A stretch of 64,000 nt of DNA from Phallusia mammillata. Lineage: Eukaryota. The number at the start of each line of letters is the position of its first letter. Positions within the stretch are counted from its first letter, which is position 1. A program made the translations under genes and the position numbers. A model generated the notes under the pieces. The model saw only the letters and a list, made by a program, of their open reading frames with translations. It was not told the DNA's origin and ran no database searches. Shown here one piece after another: positions 1 through 11,006 of the stretch. The stretch covers positions 6,510,001 to 6,574,000 of the forward strand of contig OZ281501.1 of the NCBI GenBank assembly GCA_965637545.1. Reading direction: 5' to 3'.

Positions 1-1576
1 CCAGGCTTATACAGCTTAAACACACTATAATATTGGAGCTGCATTTGCGAAGGACAGTTGTGACATCAGCACAGACAAGATTTAAAGAAAAACACCACAA
101 TCATGACCCAATCACGTTTTTACTACCTGTGATGAATTGAGGGGCATTGCTCGGTAATGGAAATTTGTGTCCACACATCTTTCCTCTTATTCAGTCAGTA
201 AGATTCTAGAGTCTAGACCACTCGAAGCCGTGTCCGGTCCTGCCAAAACCCCTTTGCAAACTCAAGTTTGAAAACCGCTGCGTTAAATAAACAAATGCAT
301 GCCTCCACGTTTGTGGATTAATAGTAATCTTTGAGAGTTGTTCCGGTGTACTATAAAAAGGAAACAAACGTTCAAATAGAGACAAGCAGACCTTGTTTAG
401 CCTAAGCGGAAACTTGATCATATATATTGCTTCAGAGCGGCTACAATCGAACAACAACAAAAAACAACCACAACAATTACAGGATAATTGCGCGGGGTTA
501 GTCATGCGAATATATATTTGTACATGTAAAGACCATAATCACAATGATACAAATATTTGCTGCACAATTTTCATTTTTGACAGCACATAAGTTCATGCAA
601 GTCAACAATTTTTCGGAAGTGCATGTACAGTAATCAAGAATTTTTATAAAGGCTTTGTATTAAGGCAAACGTTTGTTAACACCGCTAGTGAAATTGAACA
701 GTATTGTTGTAAACATTTTAAACTGTAGATATAGCTAACACCATAATGCACCAAAAAACGTCAAATCGAACCATACGGTTTCTAACACATAGGTAACTGG
801 TATTCACTGTAAACACCTTCATAGTTTTCAAATTCATGTTTTTAAAGTCAAAGTATTGTCCAATTAGGGATTTTTGTAATATAATTAGTGTTTTATATTA
901 ATGTGTTAATAGTATACCAACATGAAACAAGGCTGCACAATGAAGAAAAAATATTGAATTTTGACCCAAACCCCACGTTGTACAGTTCAAAGGTTGACAT
1001 TAAAATATAGTTAAAGCAAATAACATGCAGCGTTTTGCAGCAGAGCATATTATACACAAATATGATATTAAAACGTAGTGCAGGGTGGTTACAAGTCGCG
1101 CCCTTGCAATCGAAATCAGTCATTATGACGTCATGGTACTATTGAAACGAACAACAATGACACATTCCAAAACCTCGTCAGCAGTGCACAAACATACATT
1201 AGCATGTACATTCGATAAAAAGTCAAACGATCACTGATCGAAATTTACGATTAAAACTGCGTTTGGATATATAAAATCAGGTGTGCCTTATTCAATTTGA
1301 GCTATTTATTGGTAAATTTTATTTTGCTCGTATATTTTTGCAAATAAAACTTTTTACTTTTATGAAATATTTTACTAAAGCAGACAAGGTTTGCCTGTAT
1401 AGCTTTATTAAATATTGACAGGCTTTCCAGTAAAAACAGCAACCTTTTATAGCCCCAGGTTGCTATAACTTTAAACAATGAACCAAAAGTTTTCAAATCA
1501 GCAGATCTTCCAAAAGTACAGACGTTCATGTTCACTGTTCCGGAGAAGCATTTTAAAACGTGACCGTCTCCTGCTA

Positions 1577-1669
1577 TTACGCTGGAAGTCGTGCATTTTT
1601 GTGGTTGCTGCATACTGGTTTGTCATTCACCGCATAGAAGCCGGCGTTCTTTAAATCGCAATGGCATAC
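1577..1669 (-). CDS. PDLIM7: PDZ-LIM exon 9 (LIM3 end, stop)
   Basis: [30 protein letters not shown] (TAA TAG). Confidence 0.93.
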   Translation of the reverse strand, partial: VCHCDLKNAGFYAVNDKPVCSNHKNARLPA

Positions 1670-4600
1670 CTGGAACATATTAGAGTTACATCATCGAAAT
1701 AATGATGGTAATTTAAGAAAATTGGCTAATTTAAAATAACGATATCACAGATAAACACAAACATATTTTAGGTAGTCCATCTAGCATTTAATTTTGTTGT
1801 TAAGTGTATAGTAACAAACGAGACATAAGTCCCACACATCATACATATTTTTCCATTTTGTATTGTTTGCTGTTTTAGTAAACTATATAGTCAAATAAAA
1901 TATTCGTCTCATCCTAAATCAACAAAGTATTTCCACAAATATGTCTTCTTCCATCATAAAATCGAGTCAACAGTTCATGTTTTAATCAACTCTCCATCTT
2001 TAATTCCCAAAAAGGCAGAAACAAAAGGGTCCTCAATGCGAACAACTTATCTTTAGTGGAGATTTGTGGATTTGATCAAACATAAAGCCACATTTTTTGC
2101 CAGTAAGTTGCAAAACAGCAAAAATTTGCAAAGATAACCACAGGTTACTGAAACGTCCAACACTTACTGTGCATGTAAAGCAGGATTCGTGCCATTGTGC
2201 CTTAATAGCTTCCACATAATGATCCCCTGCATCAATTGGATATCCACAACCTTTGCACATCGTACTGAAGAGTCGGTTAAAATCTGTAAATTAGAATCAA
2301 AATGATTGTCAGGGCCCAGGCACTAGAATAGTTGTGATAAAATGTATAATATTGTTCTGTAATGGTCCAAAACCTAACACAAAAACATAAAACATATGTT
2401 AACATTCGAAATCAAGTCATTTAAAAACAGTCATCGTAAATAGTTTTTGTAAACTTATTTGTTGTTTATCAATTCATTTTTTTTTCTTTTCAATCATCTA
2501 TAACAAATGTTTTTTTGAAACTTATTTGGTTTATTATTAGCCTTATTGCACATCGAAATCTTAAACAAATGTTTGCAAAAGCAAATCTTCTTACAGTTTA
2601 ACAGGACGAACACAAATTTTATCTATCAGTGTTCATAAAACCTTGCCAATAACCAACATTAGACTTTGACAAAAGGAAAATATTTCGTCTTTTAACATTT
2701 TAGGTATAAAAATGCAAGCCATTACATTCTTATTTTTGGTCAGACTCAAGTTAACCGACATCCATTGTCATGTTCCACAGCCACAACCGAATGGTTATGT
2801 GGTTTACAAAGACAAACCGCAACGAGCGAAAATGCGTGCACAACAATATGAATCATCGCAGCAAATAGCCTCAAGCGATGCAAAGACATTTAACGTCTTG
2901 ACCTCAACCCTTGGTTGGGATTCTCAAGCTTCTATTGTTCTTTGTCTTTATTCTTATGTTACGACGGTCTTTGGTTTTGTTTACTATCCTAACCAGAAAG
3001 CTTAAATAGGTATGTGGCAAACATAAAATACTTTTATACCGTTTAAAACCTTGCAAAAATTTTGGTCGGAATATTTTTAGTAATGCGGAAATTTTGTATT
3101 TTTGTTATTTTTTTAAATACATTATGAAAGCTTTGTGTAGTCTGCATTAGGAAAAAAGTTTTTGTGTCGCCCTAATGGAACATTCAGCGTATTTTACAAC
3201 ATTTAGTTTATTATGACATTCAGCAGGGTTCGAACTTGCGCCGCTGAGAACATCACAAGTACCATAACTTACCTTCCACGCAATACGGCTTATCGTTTTC
3301 CATGTGGAAGACTCCGTCCCGAAATGGTTTCTGACAAGCTGTACAAACGAAACAGGTCACGTGCCAAACCTGGTTCAGGGCATGCATCACTTCCTGTAAC
3401 CATAACAACAAGGTACGGTGAGGTTTCTGGGCCTACACTGGTTTTATGATGCGTGAGGAATAAGAAAAGAAAATAAATCCAACCGAACGACTAGTAGTTG
3501 AAGGCAGACGAGAAAAATGAAACCAAGCCGTTCTTTGCAATGAACGTTTTTTGCCACGCTACTATATTACTTAAAATTTAGTTTCAAAACAGAAAAAAGT
3601 AGTTCATGCAGAGTGCAGACCAATAAAACGAAACATCGGTATGCAAACCATAGTACGCCAAACCTGCAAAAAGTGTAATAACGCATACGATATTTTACTT
3701 TCTAGGGTGCACAGTAGCGTTTTTGTGTTAATAAAACTCTATGTTTTGCGACCTCATTAACTTGCACAAACGGTTTCTTTTGTTTGAGAAAAATCCATAA
3801 AACAGCTTGCGTCTCAACTTGTGGTTCGCAATCAAAAACTGTGGGAACATTTTCCAGCAATCGTCTTTCTGCTGGCAGCGGAAGGCTATCAATAACTTAA
3901 GCGAGTTGAATTGCTAAATTGCGCCAAATTGCCATAAATCGGGCATGTTGAATCGGTAGCAGATACCAATCTGTATAGGCTAGCAAGCAGTGGTGGGATT
4001 CAGTCGGTTCGCACCGGTTCTATAGAACCGTCTCACAAAATTTTATGAGATCAGCGAACCGGTTAGCATGACAAAGAATTTGAATTCAACCGATGGAAAT
4101 TTGAATCCACGACTGGTTTTATGAGATTAGCGAACTGACTGCATAAAAATGTGAATCCTACCACTACAAGCATGTTATAAATTAACGCAGGATCATAACA
4201 AAAAATTGCATGTGTAGGTAAAAGTGCTTCCAAAAATGCTTTCTGTCATTAATTGTGGAAGTTTGTTATTAAAAAGGCAATGGTTTTAAAACTAGACATA
4301 CATATTTGCAAAAACTTTTAATATAAGAATTTTTATCGCTCGAAACGTGCAACAAACCAAATCGCAAAATCGCAAAATCGCAAAATCGCGCTTTGTTACA
4401 TCATTGTTGTGGGAATGAAAGAAGGCCCATACAAGTAAAAGTTAAACAGTACAAAGCTTTGTTTCCCATTCCCGAAAATCTTGAGGCGGCATGTATAGGA
4501 CCGATAGGCCATTATCTCATGAGTCAACATTTATCTATCTCTTCATTATCTTATCCAACGTTAAACATACATATTTGCAAATCCGGCCACTTACGCCAAC

Positions 4601-7600
4601 AATTTTCTTGTTGCATTTTCCACAGGACTGTGCGAAGTAGCGTTCGTAACATCCAGAGCAGTACCGTCCACCCTTCTCTTCTATAAATCCGCAGTCTTTG
4701 AGAGGGCGCCGGCAGTTGGGAGAAGAACAGACGAACTCCTCTGGGTGCCAGTTTTTTCCTTGAGCTGTCAGGTACGGCCCTCTGCAGATAGAGTATAACG
4801 TTTCATACCAGTGCGTTAACCAAACACTAGTCTATTATGGGGCCTTGTGGCTGATTATAGTGCTGGTGAAATGCATGATGTGGGGTCGTGTTTAAGACAA
4901 TATGACATATCAGACGTTTATTGATGTTAAAAACGAGATATTAACAAACATTTCGACAGCAATTTCAACGTAACTTTAGTATGAAGTGGTCCTGACTAGC
5001 ACCGAATCACAACAATGGGAATCAGGTTGCTGTGTTATAACAGAGAATAATTCATTTGAGTAGTGGTTGTATGATTACACAGCAGACAATATGATCACTG
5101 GTGATCGTTTTTCGAACGTTTAATGTTTTCGAATGTGTATTGACAACATTTTTTCCTGTAGCGTTTTTGCAGGCTTACCTGATTTGTTTGTGACAACCCT
5201 CACACAGAAGTTCTTGTGTTCCGCCACCCGCGTTTGAAAGTGTAACTGGGACTGTGACACTGCGTGGGGGAGGGGGAAGATCATCTGGTGGGCTAACTTC
5301 ATTTGTCTAAACACAAACACCATTAAAACATCACGCAAAATAAAAATAATCCAAAAAGGGATAACACCGTTGCAAGTTTACTCCATAAATTTTACATAAA
5401 TCGGCACATTATAGTTAGAAAAACGTTTTCCGAGTTTAGTCAACTTTTTTGCATACAATATTTACACCCCTTGAAACATCAATAAATAGTATTCCATGTA
5501 AAACTTCAGAAACCTGCTGTCTGAGAGATGATGCTGGTGGTGGAGGAGGAGGAAGAAAGTCTTCATTTCTGTCTTGAGTGACTGGTTTTGTTTGTGTCGG
5601 CTGCCAAGTGTTTTGCTTCTGTGAAAAACAAAGAAACAATCAGTAAAAACGTATTTGGAACCTTTTTTTGGTTTAACGGTATATCTTTTATTTACACCTA
5701 AAAAACAGTTCATGCACAAAGCTCAATTAAACTCTTCTACTGAATTCCACAATATCTAAGCATGTCATAATTAACTTGATGTGGTTAATTTTCCCTAAAA
5801 GTAAGATTTTTGTTTGTAGTTTTAAGTTTTACACACGATGTTTAAGCACTTTGCATTGGAATATAAATGTTGCAAAACACATCTCATCTTTAAAGCATAT
5901 CACAAGCTTAAAGAACAAACTTCAAATAACACCCCAATTAATACCCTATTGGCTTTTATATTAGCAAATGACACCAACTGTTTAACAACCTAACAAAGCA
6001 CTTGGTCAACAACGTCCCATAAAAGCCAATACGTTTATCTGTTTACTCCTGTCTCTTGCATTGAAAGCATTGGACTCTCTGTACACACATTGTCCTATTT
6101 TCAACATTTGCCTGCAAACTGTCGCCTAACAGTTACTTACATTCGGAATGTTTACTGTGGAGGTGTAACTTGGTTTGCTGGCGGGAACTGAAGACGGCTG
6201 GTACGATGATTGCTGCGGCTTAGGTGGAGAAGAGTTGACGCTGCGTTGCGAATTGGCGCTGCAAGCAAAATGGAAATAGTTTTGCTTTCGTGCCTTGATT
6301 GGTTGTTATTTTATGCTACATTTGCAAATCAATTACATGCTTTACGTCTGTTTTAGTACTATATAGTGTCCTTTCATGCCAAAACAGGACAAGTAGTTTG
6401 CATTTATAGCCTAATTATGCAAACTGTAATATAGTATTTTGCTGTATTCGGTTGCAACTAATATATTACAGATCACATCAACATAGTACAGATTTTTTTA
6501 CAAAAGCCTTTAACACAGTGTTTGAATGAAATCACAAACCCCACATCTAACTCAGTACTTACTTTTCAATTTTTAGTGACAATGTACTCGTGGAAGACTT
6601 AACGTGATTTTGTGCTTCTAAATGAGACAATACCGTCGCGTCGTTGTTGTTAATCTCCAATATAACGTCACCAGGGTTCAGACCAGCCTTTTCGGCTTTG
6701 CCTCCGGGGGTCACCTGAGTTCAAAACATGATCAAGGTTTTAGATGACTGAAGTAAGGTTATCTGACAAGGCCTTAAACATTGTATCTGATTTGTTAAAC
6801 GTATGCCTGTTTATATGTTACAAAATAGCCTACACTTGTTAGCCGAAGGGTGTCATGCAATCATGTACTACAGTTTGGTGCACTAAAATAGGAAAACCGG
6901 CTTGTTATCTGCCCAGTGATAAGTGCTATAATTTTTTTTTATTTTAGGCTCGACAATTTATGTCATAGTTCAATTAAGTGGACTTGGTGCTTGTAAACCG
7001 ACTCTGGAAAATATATTCTATTTGAAGTGTATTCATTTAAATTTTGTATCTATTCGGTGGATGCTACCGGCTTTCAAACGAAAGTGAATGGGTGCGTTAC
7101 ATTGCCAGGAAGCAATGGCCACGTTTTAACTATTCACAAGACTTCCCCTACGAAAGCAAAGTAACTTTGCCGCGAAATAAAAACGCAAGCACAGCATGCA
7201 TACTTGCTGTGCACACATTGCATTTTTAAACCGCCGCCAAAGATATGACACATGTAACCTAAAATTGGTTCCCAACGCGTAGGTTGTAGTCATTTTTGGT
7301 CAAGAACACTTACAAAAATTGCCCTAATAACTTTTGTTCTGTTTGTGAACCATGGTCACAGTAATTGGGTATCAACGTTAGAGCCCTTATAATTAGAACA
7401 TGGCAAGAATAACATGCCCTCTATTTTACCCGTTACCAACCCCTGACCCGCTTTCTATTCACAGCAAGCGCTGTAGTTACACGGGCCGGCGTGAAATAAC
7501 GAGGTTAAGATGATTTGAGAACTTCGACGCCGACGGGCCATATAAGGTCATGTAGCTAGCCAAGCGTGTCACGTAAAAGAACAGCTATTGTGTCGTCATA

Positions 7601-8426
7601 AAACGGTCTGCCCACGCGACGAAACAAAACGTCACTGCACTGTCGTAATTTGGCCTCTAAATTTTTGTTTCCTAATCTGTAGTGTTATCTCAGATAATTC
7701 GAAATCAGTAATGCTATTTACCCTATTTGGAAAGTCGGCAAATCTGCGCTTTAACAGTAAATTTGGTCCTAAACATTAGACCTCATTTCCAACCCTGCAC
7801 CAACCTTTTTCCATATTTGTCTATAGTGCCAGGTAAGTGGAATGTGAACATTATGCCTGCGTGCGGGCTGGGTGACATCAATCATGAGCAATACATATCT
7901 ATTACGATGGATTTGCCCACGTAAAATAGTTCAACTACAACCTAACATATGGTTTTCACCACCAGTGTATAATGTAACATAAAAACAAACTTTTATTCTT
8001 ATTAATTTTCTTAAGTTACTGCAAATCTTGTTAATTTCAAGTTGAAAAGCTTCACAAAACTCTTGTAGCTTTGCAAAACGTAGGTACAGCAGGTACAACA
8101 GATCCATAAAACACATTTTCATGTTACATCTCTAGCTAGTTTCCGTTTTTATGTTAAAGGTTTGTGCTTTTAACATATGATCAAAACTGAATATTGTTAC
8201 AGATTAATTTGCGGTGATTTGCAGTCGATATAGCATTAGAACCTAATTTATAACACAATACATTTGTAAGCAACATAGCACACCTTATCAAACTTGTACA
8301 CGTGTGTTTTAGAACAAGGTGTGAACTACTGACCTTTGAAATTGCAAGGCTTGCATGAAAGTCGCTACCGCCGACAAGCCGAAATCCCCAAGGACTGCCT
8401 CCTACTAAGGTCACAATATGTGGCAT
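1577..8426 (-). CDS. PDLIM7: PDZ and LIM domain protein, Enigma subfamily (PDLIM5/PDLIM7/LDB3 pro-orthologue), 9 coding exons, ~370 aa
   Basis: Exons 8334-8426, 6563-6714, 6141-6258, 5514-5618, 5179-5306, 4595-4781, 3273-3393, 2168-2283, 1577-1669; all GT-AG, phases consistent, 1113 nt. N-terminal PDZ (PWGFRLVGG...[21 protein letters not shown]), Pro-rich linker, three C-terminal LIM domains. Symbol stands for the family; exact orthology not resolvable. Confidence 0.93.
2168..2283 (-). CDS. PDLIM7: PDZ-LIM exon 8 (LIM3)
   Basis: [38 protein letters not shown]. Confidence 0.95.
3273..3393 (-). CDS. PDLIM7: PDZ-LIM exon 7 (LIM2)
   Basis: [40 protein letters not shown]. Confidence 0.95.
3988..4166 (+). 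mobile_element. hAT-type MITE, family A copy 1
   Basis: TIR CAGTGGTGGGATTCA / TGAATCCTACCACTA; 8-bp TSD 6/8 (ctagcaag/caagcatg); related copy at 61411. Confidence 0.75.
4595..4781 (-). CDS. PDLIM7: PDZ-LIM exon 6 (LIM1/LIM2)
   Basis: [18 protein letters not shown]...[32 protein letters not shown]. Confidence 0.95.
5179..5306 (-). CDS. PDLIM7: PDZ-LIM exon 5 (linker + LIM1 start)
   Basis: [16 protein letters not shown]...[11 protein letters not shown], donor gtaagc. Confidence 0.88.
5514..5618 (-). CDS. PDLIM7: PDZ-LIM exon 4 (polyproline linker)
   Basis: KQNTWQPTQ...[16 protein letters not shown], phase 0->0. Confidence 0.75.
6141..6258 (-). CDS. PDLIM7: PDZ-LIM exon 3 (linker)
   Basis: Ser/Pro-rich open frame, ttgcag|...|gtaagt, phase 2->0. 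Confidence 0.8.
6563..6714 (-). CDS. PDLIM7: PDZ-LIM exon 2 (PDZ)
   Basis: [50 protein letters not shown]; cag|...|gtaagt. Confidence 0.93.
7538..7547. promoter_or_regulatory. CArG box (SRF site) in PDZ-LIM intron 1
   Basis: CCATATAAGG, a perfect CC(A/T)6GG, in a CpG-rich patch. Confidence 0.5.
8334..8426 (-). CDS. PDLIM7: PDZ-LIM exon 1 (PDZ start)
   Basis: [31 protein letters not shown], donor AAG|gtcagt. Confidence 0.93.
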
Positions 8427-10849
8427 AATTGAAGATCAAAAGACGTACTTTGTTAACACAAACTTAAAAACAGCAAAAAGTAAATAGTCTGTTGCAGTCT
8501 GAAACATAGCAAAAAGTTCAGTCCTGACCTGACCCGGCGAAAGCTTAAAACCAGTCAGCATTTACAGACATCTGTATGCTGAAAAGAATCAACTACAAAA
8601 TCAGTAACATTGACCCTAATCATCACTCTGTGTCACTTGTGCCAGCTTAAGCTTATGTGGCCGTATAAATCTCGGTAACAGTTGCAGATAGCGTCATTGC
8701 AAAGCAAAGCTTCCTGTTTGGGCACCGGCTTTCCATGACATCACCAGCATTGGTTTGGCACAAGCAACAGCGGCAACCCTGCCTGTGTTTACGACCAGCT
8801 CAAACTACTCAGTGCACTACAAGTCCACGCCTAGTCGCCTACATACCACAAAACTAGCAGTGTTTGCGCAAGCTGAAAAAGGGCCTGTGCAGGGCTTGAA
8901 ATGAAGAACGGCGATCTGTGCTTTGCGCGAACGCCTGGAGGTGTACGAACAAAGTCCGAACTGTCTTCACTTGTCGAATTGTAAGATAACTGTCCTTGCC
9001 ATGCATGTGTGACGTAGTATGGTATTATTTACATGGCAGTTTGGTACATTTGAGTAGGTTACAACATTTTAAAAAGCTGCTCATTTATGCTATGACTAAA
9101 TTAGTCGTAATTAGACCGGAAGTACCAACATTTAAAAGTAACATGATCCATCTGTTAATCTGTAATCTAGTAACGCCATTGTTTAATTCAACCGAAAATT
9201 CCGCGTACCGGTAGTGCTGGTACTAAATCATTAGCTGACTGCAAATAATTTATGGTTAAATTCAATATTTGTTTGAGAGAATCACACTGATTTTGCATTT
9301 GTGGTGTTTAACTAAAGACTTACGAAATTTGCAGTATTCCATCTGCCGCCTGCTATTTAAAACACCGTTTGACTTGTTTACACAGCAAACATCTCTTGAC
9401 TGCTTTCATTTTAAAACACCACTGCGACACACCGACAAAAAAATCGGTAGCGTATTTGATCGTTTAAAAAAATAGCTTGTAATTTTTCCACAAAAGCGAG
9501 GGAAATGGAAAAATAAACACGGTCAACGTTGCCAACACCGAAAAGCCGCGGTCAAGCCCGATGCGAAACGAAAAGAAAGTCGAAAAACGGCAAGGCACGA
9601 ATAGTGATGGAACTACACGGCGATCCACGAATAAAACTCCAAAAAGGAAACTTAAAAGGGTAATGTTGCTCACAATTACATGGCGAATAAAACAGAATGC
9701 GGGGTATAAGTTGAGGGCAGGTAAAAGTAGGCAAGTCTGTGTAATTTCCGTTAACTAAACTTATTTGCTAAGTAAGAAAAGCAATCTGTATTTTGAAACA
9801 CACTAAGTTGGATAAAGCAGCTATAGTACAGTAAAAATATTATCTTGACAAGTTTGTGTGACCTATTGGTTCGAATAAGCAAAGAAATACTAAACTATTT
9901 GCGCAATAAACAGACAGAGTGAAATTATCACAGACAGGCAGTGTATAGAACATTATGCTGAAGTGAAAGTCTATAAAAAGGTGGTTAGTCGAAAAGGTAC
10001 AAATTTGCAACTCACATATCAAGTTACACAACATAAAACCCCTTTTCTACCTATAAAATGTGTTATCATTTATAAAACCTGTGTAGTTTGTGTTGTACGT
10101 GAGACAAAACATCAATTTGAAGAGCTTTCACGGCAGTAGAGAATGTAATTTTTCAAAAGTTTGTAACTTATCATTTTATTGTTCAGCGGTTTAAAAACAC
10201 AGTTAGTTTTAATATTTGATATTATCACTAGAATTCCCCGCTGCATTCAGAACTATTACATAAATTTGGGTCTATTTGAAAAAAGCGTTATAGTGCAATT
10301 GACCACATAAAGTGAACAAATGCATTCTATGACAATAAAAGGACAAATCAATGCCTGCTGATTTGCTACAAGTCGCAGCCGTCGTTAGAAATCACCATAG
10401 CAAGGCGCGAAACGGGGGAATCATCAAAGCAGCAAAAGCGTTTGCAGCCGTCCCCCAAGTGGCGAAAGTTAGCTTAAAAATAGCCAATTCGCAGGCTCGG
10501 AGGCGAAGGTAATTGCAATAACAAACAAATAGAAAGAGAAACGTAATACTGCAAGAGTGGGATCGGTAATAAATAAAACAAGTGGGATATGCAAATAGGC
10601 TAACAGAGGTGGCTGGAGGGGTGTGTCTGAGGCGTGTCCGTCAGTTGACAAGCATTTTGACTGCAATTCCGTTAGGCAAAGTTCAAAGGCAGGGAGCGGT
10701 GTTCGATCAACCCTTGCACGCGGGCCCAACCTTTTGCCCCGCAGTTTCAAGCTGTACAAACGGTCCAAATTGACTGGATGGGATTCGAAAATAAAAAGCG
10801 CTGGGGCCGCACGCAGGCGATGACATCACGAGTCGGATACCTCACGTCA

Positions 10850-11006
10850 TCAAGTACCCCGCGTTTTTAGTTTAGCGCTTGGCAGGCGTCGGTAGTTGCA
10901 TCTATGAGGATGCGTTCTCGGTCCGCGACCATCTTTGCGCACTTCTCTGCAAGATAACCTTGAGTTGAAGGTCATTGCTCCACCATTGACCGCAGGTAAA
11001 CCCGAC
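10850..11006 (-). CDS. ADAMTS3: ADAMTS exon 27 (basic tail, stop)
   Basis: SGLPAV...[37 protein letters not shown] after a 77-nt intron. Confidence 0.7.

Noticed and set aside
127-300. Possible minus-strand first exon (MCGHKFPLPSNAPQFIT|gtagta) of a downstream gene
   Set aside because: No homology, and the nearest acceptor leads to an immediate stop; cannot be supported at the window edge.
3213-3270. tRNA-Ser/Leu-like T-arm (GCAAGTTCGAACCCTGCTGA, minus strand)
   Set aside because: Only a 3' fragment with no cloverleaf; at most a SINE or tRNA remnant.
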